Positions 1 to 11,107 of a DNA stretch of 64,000 bases are shown piece after piece. Positions within the stretch are counted from its first letter, which is position 1. The number at the start of each line of letters is the position of its first letter. Under the pieces are notes generated by a model, which saw nothing but the letters and a program-made list of their open reading frames with translations, made no database searches and was not told where the DNA came from. Made by a program: the position numbers and the translations under genes. Origin of the DNA: Psammoneis japonica (taxonomy: Eukaryota); contig QPGO01000116.1 of the NCBI GenBank assembly GCA_008632985.1, positions 186,001 through 250,000 on the forward strand. Direction: 5' to 3'.

Positions 1-48
1 ATAGACTATAAAACTATTTTAGAGATTTTGTGTATAGCAAGAGTTGTA

Positions 49-1700
49 TTAGGATTTGTGCCTTGTAATTGGAGAAAAAGCAATCTGCCCATTGCTCTCC
101 TTCAATTCGTCCATGGCGGATGAAGACACGGCTGTCACAATCGAGAGCGGTCTGACAAATGAAGAATTACCATTATCTGACATCGCCTTGGAATAACCGG
201 AGGAAGAAGAGGATGCTCTGTCCGACTTGTCGCCTGCGACACTTCTTTGAAGAGAAGCAAAAGCTTGCTCCAGTTGGATCTGAGGAGACGATGGTGCTGA
301 CCGCACCATGTTGTTGCATCGCCGTACTGAAGACGTGTCTGAGCCGGACGATGATGATCTACCAGATTTGTCTTCTATAACGCTTCTCTGTGTAGGAGTG
401 AGTACTTGTTCCATCATATGCATTGTTCCCGGTGACGATGGAGCCGACCAAACCATCTTGGTAATCTGTCGAGAATGATCTGACATGGTCTCTGAATCGG
501 AGGATAAAGTTCCTCCCGACGATGACTTGTCATCACCAGAATGTCTTGACACCTGATCTTGTGTTGAATGTGATTGTGTCGCGTACCCGTACATGCCACA
601 CAACTGCTTTGTATGTTGCGCGCTTCCGTATACTTGCGATTGCGACGGGGCATGAGATACAAGGGCTTGGCGTTGCTCTGATTCCATCTCCGTACCAGGT
701 GTAGCCTTGCAATCTGTGGCATCTCCCTGTAATTGTTCCATACTCGTTGCTAGCACGTCCGCTGCTCTTGGATCGGTCAAGACCGTGTTGGGACGTTCAG
801 AAACGCTGCTCGCAACCCGACGCGGCTGCAGTGGCTGAGTAGTGTACAGGGGAGGAGAAGCACTAAGAACCGGTTGCTGTTGAACAATAGCATGTTGGCA
901 CCTGTCAGGATACTGCAGTTGGTGATACTGAGCAATTGAATTTGACGCTTCTTGTGCTTGGGATAGCGCACTGTACGGAAGAGAGGAACTTGCAACGGAA
1001 GATGGTTGTTGCTGTGAATAGAATACACCTTGAACTAAGCCATAGAAAAAGGTCGGCGGGACAGCAGGAGCCTCCCCACTCCATCTTGGAGGGACTAATT
1101 TAGAATTTCCTTGTGATGACGTGGGTGGCCTTGTTGAACCCTTCCTCTTCTTTGGTATCGGCGTTGCTCTCTTCTTACCAATAATCTCTGCTCGTATCTC
1201 AGGGGCGTTTTCTCTCAGTGCTTGACTCGTCTTGTCCCTTGCCTTGGCGTCTCCTATTTCATAATACGCGCCTGTTGCAGAATCTTTGTTCAAGAAACGT
1301 CCTGGTGGATCAAGAGCTCGGATCTCACTAACTATTGTATCTGCAATCAGTCTTTTCTCTTCCTTGAATCGGGCGTTCAAGTACACGATTCTGTACCTTT
1401 TCACTGTCTTTCGAAAATTTTCGTTACCTGAATGAGAAAGTGAATAACATGGTAGTCAGTAAAATCTCGAGAAATCGACAAAGAGAAGAAAGGATGGAAG
1501 AAGAAACAGAGAAAGCACAGGAACCCAAAGTTTTTCTCGATAGAAAAGAACGTAGTGGGTACGCTAGCTTGGGAAATGTTACCTGGATGAGCATTAATGG
1601 TCCCTCCTCTACCACATAGAACATCGTTATGATTTAGAGAGACAGGTGGTATGTTGGAAGTTGACTGAGGTGTTCCCTCGTCATCGTTTTCCGCCGCCAT
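49..1700 (-). CDS. DUF6824-domain protein (2 exons: 1700-1583, 1427-49) with long Ser/Gln/Pro-rich tail
   Basis: Removing the GT-AG intron 1582-1428 joins NDVLCGRGGTINAHPG to NENFRKTVKRYRIVYLNARFKEEKRLIA...PPGRFL...KARDKTSQALRE, the typical diatom DUF6824 signature. Confidence 0.88.
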
Positions 1701-1914
1701 GGTTGCTCACAATTCCATCGGTCATCTGAAAAAAAATGAGCTGCGCGTCGCCGCAGGATTTGTTGATATCGGTCATTGAATACATTTCATGACAGTTTAT
1801 ATCTTATTGGGATAAATAATGTGGCTGGCCAATTATTTGGGTTGATTTTTTGGTATATATTAGTATTCTTATACTTTTAATATACTCTCGACGGTTACAC
1901 GGAGCACTCGACTT

Positions 1915-4900
1915 GTTCGACTCAGTTTTCAAACATTGTTGGGTTTGGCGTTGGGTCATGGGTCATCACACACATCATTCATCATCAGCAATTCAATTCA
2001 AACTCTTAAAACCGACAACAATCTCAGGCATGCCTGATTGTCCTTTCAAGGCACAACTGTGGACAGGGTCAGAGCGTCTGCACATGTCCATTGCAATTTG
2101 TTTGATTTCCTTGGTTTTTCTGTCTTTCCATTTTCCTCCACTTGCTTTTGACACTTTTGCACTTGTGTCTTGCACTTTTCCCAAGTTTGCTTGAAATGCA
2201 ACCTTTTTTGCAATTTCAACAAAACACAGCTGCTTTTGGACTGCATGGATTGGCCCCATTCCTGCTGCTGCTGCTGCCCGGTGGGAGGGGGGGGCAAGAG
2301 CCTCTTGTTGTGCTTCCAGCGATGCAGCGATGGGGCAGCCAAAGCAGTGGTCGCCAAAACAAGGTGGCAAATGTTGCATTTCTTTTGTGGGCAACAGCAG
2401 CTTTGCAACATTCTCTTGTTCTGTCACTTTTGTGTGTGGGAGGCACATGATGCTGCGCACAAAATCTCTTTTTCTGCTTTGGTGTTGTTGCTCCTCTTTT
2501 GCCTCACACACCCAGCAGGCAATGAAAACGAAGATGTGCTGCAAAAGCCCTGCTGTCAAAATCATGAGCTGGTTCATTGTGAAAGTGGAGTCATGCGAAT
2601 GGGAAATCATGCCAAATTCCTGCTTGTTGTGTGGATTGTGTGGGGGGCTTTGGAGTGAATGTGTGTTCTTCCTTTTCGGGCCAAGCTCAACACATCACAC
2701 GAAGGTCCTTTGCACCATTTTGGCACACCAATGTCACAGGGTGAGGTGTTGCCTTCAGAAAGTGAGTTGGCAAACCAGGGTGCATTGCACCACAAATGGC
2801 GCATTGCTGTTGTGAAGAGGTGAGCAGCACTTGGCAAAATCTGAAGGAAGAATGATGGAGCCATGCAGCTCAACCAACTTTCTTGATGCATCTCAAAAGT
2901 GCACACCTCTTGTGGTTGTGGCCAACTTGTGGAGAAGCACGCCAAAACTTGAGAAATGTCAAGAAGAAAATGGAGGCAAAGAACGAATGGCCCTGACCTG
3001 GTTTTGATGATCATGCTGCCAGCTTCTTGTCTGTTGTGTTTGACCCCCCTCCTCTGCTCAAGCAATGACTCAATTGTGACATCATCCACATGTGCACATG
3101 TCACCTGAATGGCACAAGGCCATCTTCTTGACTCATTGCTTGTCACAATCATTTCAACACCAGGTGGCTACAAAAGTTTTGAAAGGTCTTTGCTTGTCCA
3201 AAATCTTCTCAACTCATTGCAGGTCACAAGAATCATTCCCACACCATGTGATCACAAAAGTTTCAAAAGGTCTCAGCTTGTCCCAAATCATTTTCTCATG
3301 CATGGGCCAGTCTTCAAAGCATGTGTGCTTGTGTGGACTCTTCTTCTCACCCTTTTTCTTGACAATTCCCACAATCTTGTTCACGGAATCTTCATCAACA
3401 TGGAAAAGCCATTGTTTGGAAGGTGGGCAACCAACATCTTCATCAAGGTGCCAGCTTTGGAGGCACAAGTCTTGAAAAATGCTCACAGCTCCAGGCAAGA
3501 CTGTCCATCTCATGCTGGAAAGCACACTTTGGTGATTTTTGGAGCATTTGGATGACAGAGGAGGAAAACATGAAAAACATGAGAAATGCAAAGAGCCCAG
3601 ATGTGTTGAAGAAAAGACACACTGTGGCACCTGACATGGCTCATTTGGCAGCTCATTGAGAGCAAGCTTTCACCACCACCAATCTCTCACATTTTAGTTT
3701 CACCTCACTCTTTGGAGTGAATCATTTGGTTTGTCATTTGGCATCACTGTGGGTGCCTGTTGCATCACAAGTTTGAAGTTCACATTGATGACTTCTTCTT
3801 GGCAACCCATGGCTGTTGCAACTGACCAAGGCACAAGTGTGTCAAGCAGCACAGGAAGCCCAACAGGACTTCCTTTTGGAAAAATTGACTTGCCAGCTCA
3901 GCACTCACTCCAAACAATCACCGGCACAATGAGTGTCAGAGTCATGGTTGCAAAATCCCAATGTGTTTTTGATGCAGTTGCATGAAGAGCTTCATTTGAT
4001 TGGCTCAGTTTTCAAACACTGGGTTTGGTTGGCATTGGGTTGTTGGCAGCAGCTCAGCTCACAATGTCAAAACTTGCAACAAGCTTGTCACACCTGATGT
4101 CCTTTCAATCCACAACTGTGAAAAGGGTCAGAGCATCTGCACATGTCTGCACTTGAAGTTCTTGTGTTGTTGTTGCTCTTGTCCCCCAGCATTTGTTGTG
4201 TGCTTTCAACAGCTGCTCAGGGCAATCAGCTTGACAAACTCAGTTTTCAAACATTGGTTTGGTCAGTGTTGGGTCATCATCATCAGCACGTTCAACCATG
4301 TTTGTGTGCGTGTGCGTGTGCCTCACTCTCGCATGTTGAACAAACACCGTGACAGAGGGAGGTGCCCCAGGTGGCAGGCAGCAGAGGCTGCCTGGGTTTG
4401 TTGTTTTTTCTTGCAGCACAATTGGCTGCTTTGTCAAGAACCACAGTTGGGCTTTTCACCAAAAAGAGGAAACAGAAAGCAGCAAATCAAGAAAAATGCC
4501 AAGAAAAAGACCTCAAAAGCCCAGCACCCCTCTTCTTCTTTTTCTCTGTGTGGCATGCAAAAAAATGTGACCAAGGGCAGTGACCAAATGGCAAAAACCA
4601 AACAGCCAACTCCTTTGTGGAAATCTCATGCACTGCATTTTTCTGACCTCTTGGCATCTCCCACTTGCTTTCTAGAGCACAAGCCATTGGGGTCTGGCTG
4701 CCTGGTGGAAATCTGGATTTTTTTAACTCTGCAACCTGTGTGTGTTTTTGGCATGCTGCCAAGCACAATCTAAGAATTGACCCTTTCCAAACAAAAGCAA
4801 CCTGCACACTGTCATTCCCTTGACTTTCTGTTGGATGAGCACACTGATTTCTGCAGCTGGCTTTGTGGGTGTCTGTGCTCCTGGCAAATGCATGGCAACT

Positions 4901-5200
4901 CTGTTGGCTTTCTTGGGTTTTTTATCTTTTTTGTTTCCTGCCAACATTTGACAAACATTGACCCACCCACAGCTTTGTTTTTGTGCCCTGCACTTTGCCA
5001 AAGTTTGCTCACAGCAGCACTGTTTTTGTTTGCAACTTTGACAAAACACTGCTGCTTGCCAGGGGTGGGACAAAGCTGCACAAAAGAATGCACACACAAA
5101 GAAAATTGGCCCATGTTGCATCTCTTTCATGTGCAACAGCAGCTTTCTGACACTCTCGTTCTGGCACATCTGTGTGTGGGATGTACACAGCATCTGCAGC
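1915..5200 (+). repeat. Dispersed diverged repeat family inside block A
   Basis: ctcagttttcaaaca..ggg recurs at about 1921, 4004 and 4239. cctga(t)tgtcctttcaa..cacaactgtg..agggtcagagc.tctgcacatgtc occurs at about 2032 and 4094. atgttgcat.tcttt..gcaacagcagcttt..tgtgtgtggga occurs at about 2371 and 5113. Confidence 0.7.
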
Positions 5201-6528
5201 ATGTTTTTTTGTGCTTGGCAAGAAGATCAATTGACAAGAAACAAAGTTTTCACACACCTGTGATTGCACTCTCCACAGGTGCAACAATTTTTCAAAAATC
5301 AAACAAGGTGGCAACTGCAGCTGCAACTCTGAAGAATGATGTTTGACACTTGCTCATTTTCAGTCACAAATCTGTCATTGCTGAAGCCATCAACCAGGTT
5401 GACAGTCAATTTCTCCAGCAGTCATGGATTTGCAATGTTTTGTTTTGTGGCCCAGCATCTTGTTGAGAGCTCAGTTGACTCACATTTGTTTGGAAGAGCT
5501 TCTTCAGCTTGGTTGCACCAATCCGCTGCTTGCGTGATGATGGTGCACCCCCCTGTTGCAGATGCACCCCAGCCACACATGAACCAAAACATGCACAAAA
5601 AGGCACTTGTGTGATTTTAGAATGGTCTCTGACTTGCAAACCAACTTTTGCCACCAAAGGCATGGGGACTTGTCCAAATTTTAATGTTTTGCAACACCAA
5701 CAAGACTCGTGTCACAGTGTTGCAATGTCATTGTTTTTGTGCGATCAATGTGTTTCATTGCAAAAAACTGGTTGCAACACAACAGATGATTTTTGCCAAA
5801 TTTTTTGAAGATTCACACACCACTGCTGTTTGAAGGTCAATGCAAAACATTTTTCTGTGCATTTTGCGGTGGCAATCCAGCACTCACAAAAAAATTCTCT
5901 GTGGCATGAGTGCCAATGCACAGTTGGCATTGTTTCCGCAGAAAATTTTCACGACACACATTTGATGAAGACTTGAGCACCAATGAAAAAAATGTTCAAA
6001 TGTCCACACTCTTGTCAAGTGCAAAAGCCAGAGTGCACTGGTGTGTGTCCACTGTCTGTGTTGCTCTTCCTTGTTGCTCTGTGAGCACACAAGCTTTTGT
6101 CTCTTGCAGAAGATTGCACAGGGTTGTTCAGATGCTGTGCTTCTTGTGGAAGTGCCGACACCAATTTGCTTGTTGGAGAGAAGGGTGGGCACTCCCCATG
6201 ACCTGACTCCAGGACCCAGACTTGCATGAGTGGGAGTTGCAGCCAAGGCCCCGGAGACAGAAAACTTGTTTGTTGTTGAGGTTTTGCACAGAGGTGAGGG
6301 TGTTGTCAACAAGATTGGCCATGAAGACTCACTTGACAACTGGCAGCAGGAAAGCTTGACAAAGGAAAAATGTGCAGCATGCAAGAGCCAACAAAGCTCA
6401 ATTTCACATTTCTGGCTTGCACCCCCCCAACCAATGCTCCCACGAGACCCACTCTTGCTTGAACTTTTCAGATCACCATGAAATGGAAGATGGCTTGCTT
6501 GTTCATTGCAGTTTTTTGTTGCTTCCTG

Positions 6529-6730
6529 GAAAGTTGACAAAGCTGACAAAGTTGACAAAGTTCATCAAAGCTGACAAAGTTGCCAAAGTTGACAAACTCA
6601 CCAAAGTTGACAAAATCAACAAAGTTGCCAAAGTTGAAAAAATCACCAAAAGTTGACAAAGTCACCAAAACTGACAATTTTGCCAAAGTTGACAGATTTG
6701 CTGAAGTTGACAAAGCTGACAAAGTTGTCA
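6529..6730 (+). repeat. 9-bp minisatellite (consensus AAAGTTGAC), about 20 imperfect units
   Basis: Directly visible: aagttgacaa agctgacaaa gttgacaaag ttcatcaaag ctgacaaagt tgccaaagtt gac... Confidence 0.9.
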
Positions 6731-6764
6731 TTCAGCAACCAAACCTTTGAGTGAGTCACTCTGG

Positions 6765-8545
6765 AGTTGGAAAAGTCAAGTCTGCTGTTGTCAAGAACAA
6801 GGTGATGCTCAACCGCCATTCTCAAAGTGTCGCCTGGCTGGGATCCAGCACCCTGCTGCTGTTGTGGGCAAGGTGACAAGGGGCACAACAATGCCACAAG
6901 ATCGACCTTGCAATGCTCAACCACTGTTCTCAAAGTCTTGCAGGAGATTCGCCAGAGACCACCAGTGCCCTCAGAGTGCTGTTGCCATGGTGGTTGGCAC
7001 CATCGTGACGACCCTGCAGCTTGAGAGCAAAGCCTGCACAGCACAGCTTTCCGTGAACTGCAGCTTTTGTGCAAAACCTGCACCCCGCAGCTTTGTGCAC
7101 CCTGCATCTTTTAAGCAAAACCTGTGCCATGTAGCTTTCTGTGCTGCACAGCTTTTGTGCAAAACCTGCACCCCACAGCTTTCTTTGTGAAGCTGCAGTT
7201 TTTGTGCAAAACCTGCACCCGGCAGCTTTTGTGCAAAACCTGTGACCCAAGTTGAGAAAGTCAAGTCTGCTGCTGTCAAGGACAAGAAGGTGGCATGGGG
7301 CCACAATGCCACAAGATCAACTTTGCAATGCCCAGCCACAGTCCTTGAAGTGTTGCCAGGGATCCTCCAGAGACCGCCCGTGCCCTCAGGTTGCAGCCCT
7401 CAGGTTGGCTATGGCACTGCCCTGTCAGGCAGCTTTTTGTGCTGCACAGCTTTTGTGCAAAACCTGCACCCCACAGCTTTGTGCACTCCACAGCTTTCTT
7501 TTTGAAGCCGCAGTTTTTGTGCAACAAAACCTGCACCCCACAGCTTTTGTGCAAAACCTGCGCCCCAAGTTGAGAAAGCCAAGTCTGCTGCTGTTGAGGA
7601 CAAGGTGGCATGGGGCCACAACACCACAAGATCAACCTTGCAATGCCCAACCACACAGCCCTTGAAGTGTTGCCCCAGGGATCCTCCAGAGACTGCCACA
7701 ATGCCCTCAGCTTGCAGCCCTCAGATTGGCTGGCACTGTCATGGGGTCCTTTCACAGTGGAGAGTTTCAAAGCTCAAAAGTTTGCTCAACACCACAAGAT
7801 CAACCTTGCAATGGTGCTCAACCACAGCCCTTCAAATCTTGCCAGGGGGTCCACCAGACACCACCAGTGTTGTCCTTGGCCTGCTGTTGTCAGGTTGGCT
7901 GGCACTGTCATGGTGTCCTTTCACTGCAGAGTTTGGAAGCTCAAGCATGCTCAACACCACAAGATCAACCTTGCACAGTTTTTTTAAAGTCTTGCTGGGG
8001 GTTCACCAGATGCCACCAGTGTCCTCAGCTTGCTGTTGTTGGGTTGGTTGGTGCTGTCATGGGGTCCTTTCACTCTTGAGTTTAGAAGCTTAAATCTGCT
8101 GCTGTCAGGGACAAGGTGACATGGGGCCACAATGCCACAAGGTCAACCTTGCAATGCTCAGCCACCACTCTTAAAGTCTCACAGGAGGTCCACACCAGAG
8201 ACCACCAATGCCCTCAGCTTGCAGCTGTCAGATTGGCTGGGATGCCATCATGGAGCCCTTCTTCTTTCATTTTGGAGCTCTTGTTGTGAGTTTGAAGTGA
8301 GCTTCTGGCTGGGAGGATGTGACAGGCTGCTGGAACAGCACAACACACTAGCCTCACATTGTGAAATGCTCAACCACAGTTCTTGAAGTGTTGCCTGGGG
8401 TCCACCACCAGAGACCACCGGTGCCCCCAGCCTGCTGTTGCTTGTTGTGTTGGTTGGTGCCTTCACAGGGCCATTTCACTCTGAGAAGCTTGGGAGTTCA
8501 AGTCTGCACCCACCTGCTGGGCACAAGGCAACATGGGGCCACAGC
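6765..8545 (+). repeat. Degenerate complex tandem array (units about 165-420 bp) with nested sub-repeat CAGCTTTTGTGCAAAACCTGCACCCC
   Basis: The core cacaagatcaaccttgcaatg recurs at about 6895, 7311, 7625, 7793, 7958 and 8136. The sub-repeat occurs several times in 7060-7250 and 7447-7567. Confidence 0.85.
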
Positions 8546-11107
8546 AGCACATGACCACAACATGATTGGCATGGGCAACCACCACCTTGTTGGGGAGAAG
8601 GAATGTTGGCAGGAGGTGCTGCAGCTGCAGTGGTGCCCCCAGGGCTGTTGCTCCTCTGGCTCTTTGTGGTGGGCACATCACACTCTGGCTTGACCAACTC
8701 TCTTTCCATGACACCACCTGCTGCATGGCCAACTCCACAACCTCTTCTGACCTCCTGCCTGCAAGGTTTGACCATGATGAGAGTGCATCAGCAGCAAAGG
8801 TTGTTTTGTGCATGAGCCATTTGTGGGTCAGTTGCAAGATCATCAGCAGCAGCAGCCCTGTGCAGACACAAACAACAAACAAACTCCACAGGCTGGCACA
8901 AATGTGAAAATTTCATTCTTGGCAAGAGCCAACTGAGATGACAAAACTGACTTCTCTGACACAAAAACAATGTCAAACATCCAGCTGCTTGACAAATGTG
9001 AGTTTACAAGCAAAAGGCACTGGTTGTGAAAACCAACAAAATGATTTACTTGAGCTGACTCAAACAACCCAAAGTGACACCAAATGAGTGCAACAAAAGG
9101 CTTTTTTCTTAAAAAATGACCACTTGCAAAATGACACAGGCTGTGATCACCAGGCTGGCTAGCTCAGCTCCCACTGTGCCACTCAAAACAACACAAAAAC
9201 ACAGGGTGTGCCCAAGCAGTGCACAAACAAAAATGGCACTGCAGGAAAGCACCAACAAAACCCAGAGCTCTGTGCAGCACACCAACAAAGAAAAGCCATG
9301 GACAGGGCAAGAGGTCAGATGCTTTCATGCTTTCTGCATTTTTTGAAACTCGGTTGAGCCAACAAAAATGGTCAAAGACAAGAAACACAGTGCCGCAACA
9401 TTGTGCATGCAGGCAAGCAGGAACAGCAGCATTGTGCCACCCCAAAGCCAAAGAAAACATGCCAAGCTGACAACTTCTCTGCTGTCTTCTGCCAGGGATT
9501 CCTGTGGCATCTCACAAGGAAGGGCTGTCACAAAAACCAACTCTGTTTGAAACACACAAAATGTTGAAACACAGTGCAATGCCTGTGCAGCTAAGAACAC
9601 CAAGATGTGATGCAGGCTGCCAGAGAGACAATGGGGAGCAGAGGCTTGGGCCCATTCCCACCCCAATGATTGTGGCTGCAAAATTTTGTTCTGCACAAAA
9701 TTCCTGCAGCAACTCTTGCACAAGAAGAGCTGCATGTCTGTTTTTTTATCCATGTCAATTTGCAGCCACAATTGTCAGCAAATTGTGATGACAGACATCA
9801 GTCATCACAAATTCTCTTCCACAAGTGCAGTTTTCATCACAAATGTTTGGCATTTTTGGGAGCTCAAGCATGTCACGTCACAAGTTCTCCCATTTTTCTT
9901 TCTCTAATCCACGCAACCTTCAAGGCTGCTGCCGTGAATGGACCCATCAATGCACAAACAACTCCTCTGTCCACAAAGACAAGAATGCAAAGACATGTGA
10001 ATGAGGCTGTGCTTGATGCAACCAAGTTGTCAGAATTTTGATTTGTTGTTGTTGTTGTGGCTTGCAATGAACATGTTGACCAACAGCGCCATTTTTGATG
10101 TCTTCGTTTCTCTTGTTCAGATTTTGCACTGGGATTTTTCACAAACAATCTGTCTGCATGATGAGACTGTGTGATCTGATGTCACATTGAGGTGGTTCTT
10201 TGGTGTGCACTCCAGGTTTTCTTTTGACAGATGGTCAAGAGTCAAAGAGCACAACAATTTTGATCACACCACACTGCCACCAACAACAAGGCTTTCTGCC
10301 TTGCTGCTGCTCTTTGCTTTCTCTTTCACACAGAACTTTTTTGGGGTGTGGGGGGCATGACATGCCATGTGCTGGCTTGCTGAAAAGAAGCAAAAAAAAA
10401 GACAGCAGTTCTTCAAAAATAGAGCTCTTCCTTCCACTCTCTTGTGTGAAAATGCTTGTGAGAAATGAGGGCCAGAAACATCTTATTCTCTAACGCCATC
10501 CGTTGAGGAAGGAGGTTATTTACCGTTACAAGTTGTCATAAGTAAACAAAAAGCGATGATACTCCGAAAATTTTGCTTGTCTTCGCATTTCTAATGATAA
10601 TAAACGAGATCTTATAATTATATATTGAATAAGTATATATTCATGATCATATACATGTCAATGAAGATAACGGCGTCGGAACTTCACGCGGCAAACATTG
10701 GCACTTGGATGGGACTTCACAGCACGCAAAAATGAAACAAACCATCGAGGCGAGTCGGAGACTGGCACTAAACGATCTCGGCAATACAACGCACTGCTGT
10801 TTAGGGAGAGACAACATCCTTGTCATTCAAAGAACTGCTGTAAGAGTATCTGGTTGAAAGCAGAGAAAGAAGAAGGAGAAAAGAGCGAAAGAAAAAGGAG
10901 AGATAATCGAACTTTACAACTCGGTAATTTTGGCGAGTCGACATGCTAGGCAAGATTTAGGCTTTTTTATCGGTCGCTCTTGTCACGTCGAAAAGCGTCG
11001 AAACGCTCTAGGCCTCGCTTTGAGACTTTAAGGACTTACTGGGCTTGATTTTATCCTTATACATACAAACTTATCGAGATTATTGTGGTCCTAAGTCCTA
11101 ACAGCAT

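Larger units (their letters stand above)
1900..10480. mobile_element. Block A: TpA- and CpG-depleted composite of degenerate repeats and TE-like relics (family unassigned)
   Basis: TA is nearly absent, TG/CA are abundant, there are internal dispersed and tandem repeats, and there is no intact ORF. Boundaries are approximate (about +/-100 bp). Confidence 0.65.

Noticed and set aside
6765..8545. Repeat-spacer-like pattern resembling a CRISPR array
   Set aside because: The context is eukaryotic, the intervening sequences are homologous to each other and vary widely in length, and there are no cas genes.
1900..10480. Classical RIP or plain CpG methylation decay as the sole explanation
   Set aside because: RIP raises TpA rather than removing it, and CpG decay cannot change TA sites. 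The paired alignment shows TA->TG/CA directly.
1850..10493. Dense overlapping ORFs (60-257 aa) in all six frames, also in the other depleted blocks
   Set aside because: They are Cys/His/Gln-rich and almost Tyr-free. Loss of TA removes TAA/TAG stops, so long spurious ORFs are expected. They are not called as genes.
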